Source of the DNA: Eubacteriales bacterium
Lineage (GTDB): Bacteria > Bacillota > Clostridia > Oscillospirales > CAG-272
Assembly (NCBI GenBank): GCA_045638685.1
Contig: JAZUBT010000007.1
Span: 59,057 to 123,056, forward strand
Length of the DNA: 64,000 nucleotides
Reading direction: 5' to 3'
Part shown: positions 8,753-17,950 of the stretch, piece by piece
Numbering within the stretch: the stretch's first letter is position 1
Layout: every line of letters starts with the position of its first letter
Made by a program: the position numbers and the translations under genes
The notes under the pieces: generated by a model
The model's database searches: none
What the model was told of the DNA's origin: nothing
Seen by the model: only the letters and a program-made list of their open reading frames with translations

Positions 8753-9817
8753 CTATATTCTGCGTATATTTTTCGCAAGCTCCCTTAAATTTTCGTCGGA
8801 AAGAAACCTTTTTACTCCGTCAAAGTCTCTTATCGGCTCCCCTTTTCCGTCCTGAGCGCTATCAAGAAGCACCGTTTCCGCAAGACCTTCAAAAACAAGT
8901 GTTCTTAGATGCGAAAGAAGTGTTTTTTCTATCCAATAAAGGAATTTAGTCTTTGAAAAGCGCTTCTCCTCTTTTTTTAAGCGCAGATACATAGGAAATC
9001 CGTCCGAAGCATCGTGCCATGTATCGGCAAAAATAAAATCATACCGACCGTCCTTAAGCTTCTTTTCAACGTATTCAAACGCATCGGCACTGATAATATT
9101 AACCTTGTTTTTATTATTAAACTGCGGAAAAATATGCTTTTTGAAAAGCTCTATAACCGTTTCGTCCTTTTCAATAACGGTAATCTCGCTTACGGCTTCC
9201 TTTTCAGACGCCATGTACGTAAAATAACCGAGCCCGAGTCCAAGCGTAAGCACCTTTCCGCCAACGGCAGAAATCGGCTCCTTCATAGTTTCTATCTCGT
9301 TAGGCTTAACCGCCATCCACTCTCTTCCGCTTTGTAAAACGGCGGGAAAACGGTATTCGGCGTCAAAAAATCCGAGACGGGGAATTTCGGTAAGGTCGTC
9401 CTTTAGTATAATATCTCCGCATACAAATCCTTCATATGGCTTATAGCTGAGGGTTGTAAGCTCCCAATCGCCCATTTTAACGTCTGGAAGCTTAATGTTA
9501 CTCAAATACGCGTTATCCTGATATTCCGAGACGAGGGCCTTCTTTACCGACGGTATAAAATATCTTTCCTCAAACGCTCTGTCGTCTCGGCTTTCTTCGG
9601 TATTAAAACCGCACGCGGCGCTTAAAATACTGACGAATGCCGTCTCCTCCGAAACATTGCATTCCTCTACTATTTCTCTGACAAGCGAGGGCGTTACGAG
9701 AGTCGGACAGTTATTCAGATACTCCGCGTAAATATCAAGAATTTTAAAGTTGCCGCTACTGATATTAATGAGCTTTTTTAGTTTTTCTTTATCGGATTTA
9801 TTAAGGACTATATTCAT
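8753..9817 (-). CDS. Class I SAM-dependent methyltransferase-like protein (spermidine-synthase-like fold), function unknown
   Basis: 354 aa. Gly-rich loop VLTLGLGLGYF and acidic motifs VIEKD and FADTWHD in the C-terminal half. The N-terminal ~170 aa are unassigned. Confidence 0.5.
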   Translation of the reverse strand: MNIVLNKSDKEKLKKLINISSGNFKILDIYAEYLNNCPTLVTPSLVREIVEECNVSEETAFVSILSAACGFNTEESRDDRAFEERYFIPSVKKALVSEYQDNAYLSNIKLPDVKMGDWELTTLSYKPYEGFVCGDIILKDDLTEIPRLGFFDAEYRFPAVLQSGREWMAVKPNEIETMKEPISAVGGKVLTLGLGLGYFTYMASEKEAVSEITVIEKDETVIELFKKHIFPQFNNKNKVNIISADAFEYVEKKLKDGRYDFIFADTWHDASDGFPMYLRLKKEEKRFSKTKFLYWIEKTLLSHLRTLVFEGLAETVLLDSAQDGKGEPIRDFDGVKRFLSDENLRELAKNIRRI

Positions 9818-9858
9818 TTTATTTGCACCTTATAACTTAATATCTGTCATTTATTGCT

Positions 9859-10650
9859 TTATTTTGTCATTTTTCTACCTAATTCTGAAAAGCCGTTTTC
9901 AAGCCAAAGTATCTCTCCTCCACCGCTGCGTTCGTTCAAAAGCCCTTCCTTAAAGATAAGATTTTTAAGTCGTTTAGCCGCCCCTATGGCTCCGTCGTAA
10001 AAGCACGGTCTATATCCTAACGCCTTTTCTATCGCTTTTTTGGCAAACGGAAAATGCGTACACCCGAGAACAACCGCCGAAAATTTTAGTTTTCTGTACT
10101 GCGAAAACTCCGATTTAAGATAAGAAACGAGCGCGGGGCTGTCCTCCATTCCCGCTTCAACAAAGGATACTATTTTCTGAGTGGGCAAACAGACTATCCT
10201 GCTTTTCTCCGATGCAAGTGCCACAAGTCTTTTAAAGCGTTCCGTTTTCTCGGTTGCCTCGGTTGATAAAACAAGAATGTTTTTCCCCGAAAAATGACGT
10301 GCGGCGGGCATAACCGCAGGTTCAAGTCCTATAATAAGTGTATCGGGGTATCTTTTTCTTAGCGTGGTAACGGCGGCGGCGGTAGCGGTATTACAGGCAA
10401 TAACGATAGCTTTACAGGGGTAAAGAAGGAGTTTTTTTACTGCGTTTTCGGTAAGGTGTATTATATCGCTCTCACTTTTCGTGCCGTACGGCGCGTTTTG
10501 AGTATCTGACAAATAGAGATAATTTTCTTTTGGAAGCAGTTTTTTTATCTCTTTTAAAACGCTTATACCTCCGACTCCGGAATCGATAATTCCTATCGGC
10601 AGACTTTTTTTATCCAAAATTTCACCCCTTGACGTAGTAAGCTTTCTCAT
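9859..10650 (-). CDS. murI: Glutamate racemase MurI
   Basis: IGIIDSGVGGISV, ACNTATA and GCTHFP motifs, including the two catalytic Cys. Confidence 0.93.
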   Translation of the reverse strand: MRKLTTSRGEILDKKSLPIGIIDSGVGGISVLKEIKKLLPKENYLYLSDTQNAPYGTKSESDIIHLTENAVKKLLLYPCKAIVIACNTATAAAVTTLRKRYPDTLIIGLEPAVMPAARHFSGKNILVLSTEATEKTERFKRLVALASEKSRIVCLPTQKIVSFVEAGMEDSPALVSYLKSEFSQYRKLKFSAVVLGCTHFPFAKKAIEKALGYRPCFYDGAIGAAKRLKNLIFKEGLLNERSGGGEILWLENGFSELGRKMTK

Positions 10651-10933
10651 AATATTTTATTATGAAGGGGTGTTAAATATATCTTTATCGGACGCATACG
10701 CGCTTTTTATTTTAAGTATAACGCTTTTTTTCTTAAATTGCAATATTTTTCACAAAATACTGTTGACTAAATTTTCCGAAAGTATTAAAATTTATATAGT
10801 GTGTATAGGCTTTTGCCTTTTTTACTGGCCGGCGCCGCGACTTAAATTCTTCTTGGTCAGGGGCTGTAAGAAAAGCAAAGCGGAAAAATAAGCATTTTAA
10901 TATAAAGCTACTACGTTTGAAAGGATATAGGCT

Positions 10934-11497
10934 ATGAATATTAATAAAATCGAGGAAAACAAAAAGCTTTCCGAAAAAAAGCTTTCCAGAGAGGAGATAT
11001 TTACGGGTAATATAGTCCACCTCATAAAGGATACGGTAGAGCTTCCGAACGGAAAAACCTCAACCAGAGAGGTAATACTTCATAACGGCGCGGTTTGTGT
11101 CGTACCGATAACCGACGACGGAGAAATTGTAATGGAGCGTCAGTTCCGTTACCCGTTTAATGATGTTATATGGGAAATTCCTGCGGGAAAGCTTGATAAG
11201 GGCGAGACAGATCCGCTCCTTGCCGCAAAGCGTGAGCTTCTTGAAGAAACGGGCTACACCGCAAAGGAATTTAAATTTATAGGCGAGTACTACCCCTCTC
11301 CCGCAATTCTCGGAGAGAGAATTTATATGTACGTCGCAACCGGTCTTAGCCTCGGAGAGCGCAGCCTTGACGAGGACGAGTTTCTTGACGTTATAAAAAT
11401 CCCATTTGACGAGGTTATCGAAATGATAAAGCGTAATGAAATTCCCGACGGCAAAACGCAGGCGGCAGTGCTTAAAGCGATGGTTTTTAACGGGTAG
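10934..11497 (+). CDS. NUDIX hydrolase (ADP-ribose pyrophosphatase type)
   Basis: Nudix box GKLDKGETDPLLAAKRELLEETG. 187 aa, NudF-like. Confidence 0.85.
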   Translation: MNINKIEENKKLSEKKLSREEIFTGNIVHLIKDTVELPNGKTSTREVILHNGAVCVVPITDDGEIVMERQFRYPFNDVIWEIPAGKLDKGETDPLLAAKRELLEETGYTAKEFKFIGEYYPSPAILGERIYMYVATGLSLGERSLDEDEFLDVIKIPFDEVIEMIKRNEIPDGKTQAAVLKAMVFNG

Positions 11498-11640
11498 CAC
11501 CCGGTGGCAAATGGCAACGGTTTAATTTGAGCAAACATAGCCAGCGTCGGCAGGTAAGCACCTGCGGGCAAATGGCGACGGTTTTATTTGAGCAAACATA
11601 GCCGGCATCGCTAAAACCAAGGCTTTGGCGGGTAGCACTC
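11492..11640. repeat. Tandem ~61-bp intergenic repeat (2 units plus a partial third)
   Basis: Core GGCAAATGGCrACGGTTTwATTTGAGCAAACATAGCC at 11506-11549 and 11567-11610 (40/44 identical). A GGTAGCAC leader recurs at 11493, 11553 (as GGTAAGCAC) and 11631. Confidence 0.8.
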
Positions 11641-11752
11641 ACGGACGTATAAGGTTAAATATTTTCGCTCGGTCAAAAGTGTCGGGCGTAGCCGTAAATG
11701 AAGTTTTTGCATTATTGTTTGCAATAATTAGCTTTCTTTCAAAAAGCGGGAA

Positions 11753-11790
11753 GAAAAAAGCCGAGATAAAAATCTCGGCTTTTTCTTTTT
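11753..11790. terminator. Bidirectional terminator
   Basis: AGCCGAGAT/ATCTCGGCT stem flanked by an A-run and a T-run, between the nudix and suf genes. Confidence 0.7.
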
Positions 11791-11825
11791 TCGCTACGAT
11801 AAAAATTCTTACGTTTTTTGTGGGA

Positions 11826-12743
11826 TTATTTAAGAAATCCGTCGATAATAACGTTTTCCGCCTCATCGGGAGTAAGACCGAGAGTCTGAAGCTTTAAAAG
11901 CTGATCTCCGTTTATTCTACCGATAGCCGCCTCGTGTACTATCTGCGCGTCTCTGTGATTTGCCGCAATCTCAGGAATTGAACGGATATTGGAGTTATCC
12001 ATAATAATAGAATCACACTGAATATGCGCGCGACAAGAGTTATTTCCTACCGCAATAGGGTTAAACACCTGCTTTGAGTCGTCCTTACCAACGGAACGCG
12101 AGATTATCTGCGCCGAAGAGTCCTCTCCGTCAAGATTTATCTCCATATCCGACTGCGCAAACTGACTGCCGTGCGTCATAAGTCTCTCGGTAACCGTAAG
12201 CTTTGAATTTTTACCAAGATACGCGTTCATTTTTCTTACCGTAGAATCAACGCCCTTTATCTGTACCATTTCCATCTCGCAAACGGCATTTTCTCCAAGC
12301 GTTACCTCGGTGGCGGGGTTCATTATTCGCTCTCCCTTTCCGTCGCCCTCTCCGTAATGCTTTTCAACGTAACGGAGACGCGCGTTCTTTTCAATAAAGA
12401 ACCTATGGATTCCGTCATGCCTTGAATCCTTGTCTCCACTATTATGGATTCCGCAGCCCGCGACGATAAGAACGTCGGCGTCCTCGCCTACGTAGAAATC
12501 GTTATATACCATATCGTCTATTCCGGTTTCAGTTATAATTACCGGCATGTGAACCGACTCGTTCTTTGTTCCGGGCTTTATTCTTATGTCAATTCCAGCT
12601 TTATCCTCTTTTGTGATTATCTCTATATTTTCCGTGCTTCTTCTACCGCCGCTACCACCGTTTTTGCGTATGTTATACGCGCCGGCGGGTATTTCGTGAA
12701 GTCCCGCGACCTGCGAAAGAAGCTCTTTATCTATCTTTTCCAT
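11826..12743 (-). CDS. sufB: SufB/SufD-family Fe-S assembly scaffold (short clostridial type)
   Basis: 305 aa with beta-helix-like repeats and the C-terminal motif HEAAIGRINGDQLLKLQTLGL typical of the SufB/SufD family. It lies downstream of a SufC-like ATPase. Confidence 0.8.
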   Translation of the reverse strand: MEKIDKELLSQVAGLHEIPAGAYNIRKNGGSGGRRSTENIEIITKEDKAGIDIRIKPGTKNESVHMPVIITETGIDDMVYNDFYVGEDADVLIVAGCGIHNSGDKDSRHDGIHRFFIEKNARLRYVEKHYGEGDGKGERIMNPATEVTLGENAVCEMEMVQIKGVDSTVRKMNAYLGKNSKLTVTERLMTHGSQFAQSDMEINLDGEDSSAQIISRSVGKDDSKQVFNPIAVGNNSCRAHIQCDSIIMDNSNIRSIPEIAANHRDAQIVHEAAIGRINGDQLLKLQTLGLTPDEAENVIIDGFLK

Positions 12744-12838
12744 TTCAGTCTCCGTTCTACCGCTTTATTACTACGTTAATTCTTTTTTGGCTCCGTTTAC
12801 AGACGTTTCGGTAATTGCCTTTCAACAATATTACCTAA

Positions 12839-13567
12839 TCAGTCAGCCTGCTTTTTGGCGGCGCAGCAGGGCGAAAATTCGCACATAAGCTTCGGAAGCA
12901 TCTCCTTGCCGCTTCCTTGACTCTTGACCTTACCGTCGGCAATAACAACCATTTCGTCGGCAAGAGACATTATTCTCTCCTGATGAGAAATGATAACCGT
13001 CGTACCGCTCGCCTCTTTTTGCATTTTCTTAAAGGTTTCAACAAGCATTGAAAAGCTCCAGAGGTCTATTCCGGCTTCAGGCTCATCAAAAATCGCAAGG
13101 TCAGGCTTTCTTACCATAAGAGTCGCGATTTCAATACGCTTCATTTCTCCACCCGAAAGAGATGCATCAAGCTCTCTTTTTACGTATTCCGCGGAACAAA
13201 GTCCCACGCGACTGAGATACGCGCAGCTTTCCTTTTCACTTAAAGGCTTACCGGCCGCAAGAGAAAGCATCTTACTTACCGTAAGACCTTTAAATCTCGG
13301 CGGCTGCTGGAACGCATATCCTATACCGAGCTTCGCTCTCTCGGTTACCGACATGTCGGTTATATCCGTTCCGTTATATATTATTTTTCCCGACGTAGGC
13401 TTTTCAAGTCCCATAATAAGTCTTGCAAGCGTTGATTTTCCGCCGCCGTTAGGTCCCGTTATAACAACGAATTTCCCGTCGGCAACGGTAAGACTTACGT
13501 CATTAATAATTTCAAGAGTTTTGTCTCCGTCCTTTACCGTAAAGCAAAGGTTTTTAATTTCCAGCAT
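12839..13567 (-). CDS. sufC: SufC-like ABC ATPase
   Basis: Walker A GPNGGGKST, signature LSGGEMKR, Walker B AIFDEPEAGID. Paired with the SufB/D gene. Confidence 0.85.
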   Translation of the reverse strand: MLEIKNLCFTVKDGDKTLEIINDVSLTVADGKFVVITGPNGGGKSTLARLIMGLEKPTSGKIIYNGTDITDMSVTERAKLGIGYAFQQPPRFKGLTVSKMLSLAAGKPLSEKESCAYLSRVGLCSAEYVKRELDASLSGGEMKRIEIATLMVRKPDLAIFDEPEAGIDLWSFSMLVETFKKMQKEASGTTVIISHQERIMSLADEMVVIADGKVKSQGSGKEMLPKLMCEFSPCCAAKKQAD

Positions 13568-13846
13568 TTTTCCTGTCCTTCCAAAAAAACATTAGTTTTA
13601 TATATTTCTAATATATGATACCCCATTTTTAATTACTTGTCAATACGGTTTATTAAAAGTTTTACATTTCTTCAAAACTTTACTGTATTTTATAATATAA
13701 TTTTGTTGTATAATGTATAAGGTTATTTTTATATTTTTTAAAACAAATAAACTCCGCGCTGTTTTTCTGCATGCAGCGTTTATACCCCAGTCAGAGGCTA
13801 CATAAAAAATAAATTGCCGTATTTTACGGCGGAAGTGGAGAAAAAT

Positions 13847-15118
13847 ATGGACGTCATTGCAAAACCGTTTGGTTATCTCTTAAAATTTTGTTATGATATA
13901 ACAAATAGCTACGCGCTCGCTCTCCTTATTTTCACATTTCTTTTTAAGCTTATTCTTCTGCCGCTGAGCATCAAACAACAAAAGGCGTCGCAGAGTCAGG
14001 CAAGAATAAGACCTAAGGAAATGGCGATAAGAAAGCGTTACGTCGGCAGAACCGACCAAAGCGCGAGAATGGAGCTTTCAAACGACCTTATGAAGCTCTA
14101 TCAGGAGGAAAAGGTTTCCGCCGCGGGTGGCTGCCTGCCTCTTCTTATCCAAATTCCGATAATCTATATCCTTTATCAGATTATCACAAAGCCGCTTCAG
14201 TATATCTGTATGGCTTCCGTAACCGCTATCGGAGACTTAAGGACTAAAATATTTGAGCTTTTCGGCACGGGAACCTTAAACGCGGCAAACACCTCGGAAA
14301 AAATACTTAAGCACTTTACCGACGCGGGAGGCGACTTAAATAAATTCGGTATATCCGAAATTGAGATGCTGAGTGTTATGGAGAAAAACGGCTCGCAGTT
14401 TTCGGCTATTCTTGAGGGACACGGTCTTTCGGCAATGACTTATCCCGACTTCACTATTTTCAGAGGCGCTATAAACCTCGCCGAGCTTCCTACGTTTACA
14501 AGCATTATAATTTTAATCCCTCTTTTCGCCGCGCTTTTCCAATTCTTAGGCTCCTTTGTAATGAAGATATTTGGTCCTAAAATGGATATGTCAGCCCCCG
14601 GTGCGGAGCAGACGCAGAAAACAATGCTCTATATGAACATTATTTTCCCCTTAATGACCTTCTTTATGGCGCTTTCATTCCCCGCAATTCTCGGTCTTTA
14701 CTGGATATATCAGAGCATTTTCGGAGCGATTACTCAGATAGCTCTTTACAAGTTATATCCGATTCCCGTATTCACCCCGGAGCAGATTGCCGAGGTTGAG
14801 TACGAAATGAACAAGAATTACGTTAAGCCTACCGTAAAATCCACCGTCCGGTCTCTGCATAACATTGACGACGAGGTGCGCGAGGTAGAATACGCCGATA
14901 AAACCGACAGTGATACCGTCGATAACAGCGAAAGCAGCGTAAACACCGATACACCGGCACCAAAAGAGACTCTTCCGCCACGCAGAAGATATGATAAAAA
15001 CGGAAATAAAATCCGCTCTCTCCACTTTATCGATGAGGACGAGGACGAGATAACGGGTAGCGTATCCCCCGAAAACGGCGACGCACCCGAAACCGAAAAG
15101 GAAAACGGCGCAGAATAA
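13847..15118 (+). CDS. yidC: YidC/Oxa1 membrane insertase with a long acidic C-terminal tail
   Basis: LLIFTFLFKLILLPLSIKQQKA, GCLPLLIQIPI and LGLYWIYQS motifs. Start moved to ATG 13847 (GGAG 7 nt upstream). The tail from about aa 315 is non-membrane. Confidence 0.9.
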   Translation: MDVIAKPFGYLLKFCYDITNSYALALLIFTFLFKLILLPLSIKQQKASQSQARIRPKEMAIRKRYVGRTDQSARMELSNDLMKLYQEEKVSAAGGCLPLLIQIPIIYILYQIITKPLQYICMASVTAIGDLRTKIFELFGTGTLNAANTSEKILKHFTDAGGDLNKFGISEIEMLSVMEKNGSQFSAILEGHGLSAMTYPDFTIFRGAINLAELPTFTSIIILIPLFAALFQFLGSFVMKIFGPKMDMSAPGAEQTQKTMLYMNIIFPLMTFFMALSFPAILGLYWIYQSIFGAITQIALYKLYPIPVFTPEQIAEVEYEMNKNYVKPTVKSTVRSLHNIDDEVREVEYADKTDSDTVDNSESSVNTDTPAPKETLPPRRRYDKNGNKIRSLHFIDEDEDEITGSVSPENGDAPETEKENGAE

Positions 15119-15205
15119 AAGGCTACGGAGCAAAAGCTCTTTGACTTTCCCTATTTTGACATTTATAAAACAACAGCACCCCAAAAACGAAAGGATTTCT
15201 TAAAT

Positions 15206-16759
15206 ATGAAGTTAAAAACGGGACTTATTTTCGTTTTATCCGTCCTTCTTCTTTGCGTAACGCTCACCGCCTGCAAAAAGGACGAGGAAACACCCGAACC
15301 GGATGACGGCGGAGACGATTATTCCGGCTCCATCGCTCCCGAGGACGGAAACCAAAATCCGGGCGGAGAGGAAACCGAGGAACCGGTTGACGAGGGTGAT
15401 CCGAACGCAACGTATGAAATTTTTACTGCGGAAGACTTAAAAACAAAGCTCAAAATGAAGGGCACCTACGTTCTTAAGGCTGATATTGACCTTGGCGGCG
15501 CGGAGTGGAAACCTGTCGGAAGCAAGGCGCACCCGTTTGCGGGTACCTTTAACGGCGGCGGTTTTAAAATTTCAAACTTCAAGGTAACCGAAAAGCCTGC
15601 CGTCAGTGAGGGCGACGTTTCTCTTGCCTTAAAGTACGCATACGGTGGGTTTTTCGGAGTAACGGAAAATGCGACTGTTAAGGACGTAACCTTTGACGGT
15701 ATTACCGTTAATATCTCTTTAACCGAGGAAAATACGTTTATATACGCCGGAACGGTTGTCGGATACGCAAAAAACACCGTGCTTAACGGTATTACGGTAA
15801 CAAACACCGTGATTTCCGCACGAAGCGTAGAACATATAACTTACGTCGGTGGACTGACCGGCTCGATGTGGACCTCCTCGGCAAATAACTGCTCTGTCAA
15901 TGCGACGTTAAACGCAAAGGAGTCTCTTAATGACGCTTATTGCGGCGGAATTACGGGAGAATTAAGAGAAGAAAGTGCTCTTACGAGATGCTCCTCCGGC
16001 GGCTTGGTTTCATCGGTAGCAAAATACGGAAAATCATACGCAGGCGGTCTTATCGGATACTGCTCGTCAAGTAAAGTTTCAAAATGCGTAGCCGCTTCCG
16101 CGGTCAACGCAACAGTCAGCTCCCACTCCCCTGAAACGGGCAAAAAGGGCTCTGCCTACGCAGGCGGCTTTGCCGCAATTGTTACCGCACCAACGTTTAA
16201 TAACAGATCGGAGTTTTCCGAGTCCTATACAACCGACACCTGTACCGTTACCGCTACGGGAAACAAAAACGCCGCTTACGCAGGCGGATTTGCAGCTTAC
16301 TCGGCATTCGGAATATATACCTACTGTTACAGCCGTTCAAACGTAACGGGCGAAAGCACGGCAGACGCCGTATATGCAGCCGGACTTATCGCAAATTTAA
16401 TTAACTACGAGGACGACAAAAATGAAAAAGCCACCCCGTACCCATACGATACCCGTATAGAGGAATGCTTTTCAACAGGAAACGTAAACGTTAAAATATC
16501 TACTATGGCTTATTTTATCGGAACGCTTATCTACACCGACTCGTCGGTTAAGGACAATTTTATACTTGAAAGCAGCTACTACCAGAATATGAATTTCTAC
16601 ATTAATAACACCATCGATAACGCTAACGATAAAATTCAGAAAGACGGCAGCGCGATTACCTCGGCCACATACGGGAACCTCCACGTTCTTAATTGGAGCA
16701 CCGACGTCTGGGAAATAAAGCCCGGCGACAGCTTCCCGACACTAAAGCCCGCGACGTAA
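15206..16759 (+). CDS. Secreted lipoprotein with GLUG-type repeats
   Basis: Signal peptide with lipobox LTAC. Repeated Y(A/V/C)GG(L/F/I)xG motifs (YVGGLTG, YCGGITG, YAGGLIGY, YAGGFAA twice). Confidence 0.65.
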   Translation: MKLKTGLIFVLSVLLLCVTLTACKKDEETPEPDDGGDDYSGSIAPEDGNQNPGGEETEEPVDEGDPNATYEIFTAEDLKTKLKMKGTYVLKADIDLGGAEWKPVGSKAHPFAGTFNGGGFKISNFKVTEKPAVSEGDVSLALKYAYGGFFGVTENATVKDVTFDGITVNISLTEENTFIYAGTVVGYAKNTVLNGITVTNTVISARSVEHITYVGGLTGSMWTSSANNCSVNATLNAKESLNDAYCGGITGELREESALTRCSSGGLVSSVAKYGKSYAGGLIGYCSSSKVSKCVAASAVNATVSSHSPETGKKGSAYAGGFAAIVTAPTFNNRSEFSESYTTDTCTVTATGNKNAAYAGGFAAYSAFGIYTYCYSRSNVTGESTADAVYAAGLIANLINYEDDKNEKATPYPYDTRIEECFSTGNVNVKISTMAYFIGTLIYTDSSVKDNFILESSYYQNMNFYINNTIDNANDKIQKDGSAITSATYGNLHVLNWSTDVWEIKPGDSFPTLKPAT

Positions 16760-16805
16760 AAAACACGGCTAAAGCAATAAAAATCCGCGCTTTCCGCGGT
16801 AATAA

Positions 16806-16838
16806 AAACCCCACCGCATAACGGTGGGGTTTTCATTT
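16806..16838. terminator. Bidirectional terminator
   Basis: CCCCACCG/CGGTGGGG stem with an A-run upstream and a T-run downstream. Confidence 0.75.
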
Positions 16839-16846
16839 TGTCTTAT

Positions 16847-17821
16847 TTAATTACCGTTTGCCGCCCGAAGCTCCGCTATTTTTGCCTTAAGCGCCAGATA
16901 CGCTTCCTTCCCGTCGTAAATATCCTTAACCGTTTCCTCCATAGGACATATTCCGTCGCCACTGCGGTTAACTATGTATTCGACAAGCTTATTGTATCTC
17001 ACAGACACGCCGTGTTCATTAAACCATTCTACCGCCGCGCGGCTCATCGTAACTCCGTAGCAGCCTTTAACACCGCCGAGAGTCATTACCATAGCCGCCG
17101 CTTTTCCAATTATTTTATCAACGATATAACCGCCTTCAAGAAGTCCATCCTCGTAAAGCTTTATAACGGGCGCTATCCCTCTCGCGTTAACCGTATTTTC
17201 TATTACGTTTTCCCTTATAAGAACACAGGACGCGCTTTCCTCAAGTATCAAATTAACTGCCGAGGAGACGGCGTCTCTGTGCCTCCTTCTCGGATAATTC
17301 AGCACCGTAATGAATATAGCGGGAACGACTATAAGCTGAACGATAATTCCCGGCATTCCCGTTATTAAAGAGGCTATAACCGTTGCCGCCTTAAGCGAAC
17401 CGTCAAAGCGCAAAAGTAAGCTCATTGACAGTCCGTATATCGCTCTGCCCACTACCATTGCAGAAAGCATCGCGGGGTACATTCCAAGCTTATATTTACG
17501 GAGTGGGGTTTTATAATAAAGAAGTCCGGTTATAAGTCCGTAAGCTGTAAGCTCGATCGACATAAGCACTCCCGTCGGGTATAGTTCTGGCATTCCCGTT
17601 AAAACTCCGTTTATATACGGAAGCGTAAAGCCAAGTATTCCCGCGTATTTCCAGCCCGCAAGAAACCCGCAGAGAAATACCGGTATATGCATAGGAAGAA
17701 GAACGTTTCCTTTAATTCCGAGACCGTGAGCAAGGACGTAAGGTAGAATTAGTCCGAGCGCAAGCATTAGTCCCGAAATAACAAGCTTTTTACTATAATC
17801 TTTTATATTGTTTTCTCTCAT
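16847..17821 (-). CDS. ECF-transporter S component fused to a DUF1893 (TM1506-like) domain
   Basis: The N-terminal ~185 aa have 5-6 TM helices with PMHIPVFLCGFLAGW...ELTAYG (ECF_trnsprt-type). The C-terminal ~130 aa carry DKIIGKAAAMVM...NRSGDGICPMEE, which I recall as the DUF1893 signature. Confidence 0.65.
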   Translation of the reverse strand: MRENNIKDYSKKLVISGLMLALGLILPYVLAHGLGIKGNVLLPMHIPVFLCGFLAGWKYAGILGFTLPYINGVLTGMPELYPTGVLMSIELTAYGLITGLLYYKTPLRKYKLGMYPAMLSAMVVGRAIYGLSMSLLLRFDGSLKAATVIASLITGMPGIIVQLIVVPAIFITVLNYPRRRHRDAVSSAVNLILEESASCVLIRENVIENTVNARGIAPVIKLYEDGLLEGGYIVDKIIGKAAAMVMTLGGVKGCYGVTMSRAAVEWFNEHGVSVRYNKLVEYIVNRSGDGICPMEETVKDIYDGKEAYLALKAKIAELRAANGN

Positions 17822-17950
17822 TTTTCGTTTATCTGTTTTGTAAGCAAAGTGTTTTAGTTGAATATTAGTAGAGGGACGGCCTTGTCCTGTGGGCTCGACT
17901 TACGCTCAAAATGACACGTAAAACAAATTGAATTTACAATTTTGGCAGTC

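Noticed and set aside
17822-17950. preQ1-I-like tail (CCCTCTACTAATATTCAACTAAAAC after a small hairpin) ahead of the ECF S-component gene
   Set aside because: The resemblance is limited to a short A-rich tail with ACTAA. The hairpin (GGAC/GTCC) and its spacing do not fit the preQ1-I consensus well enough. The gap may be a plain intercistronic region in the met operon.
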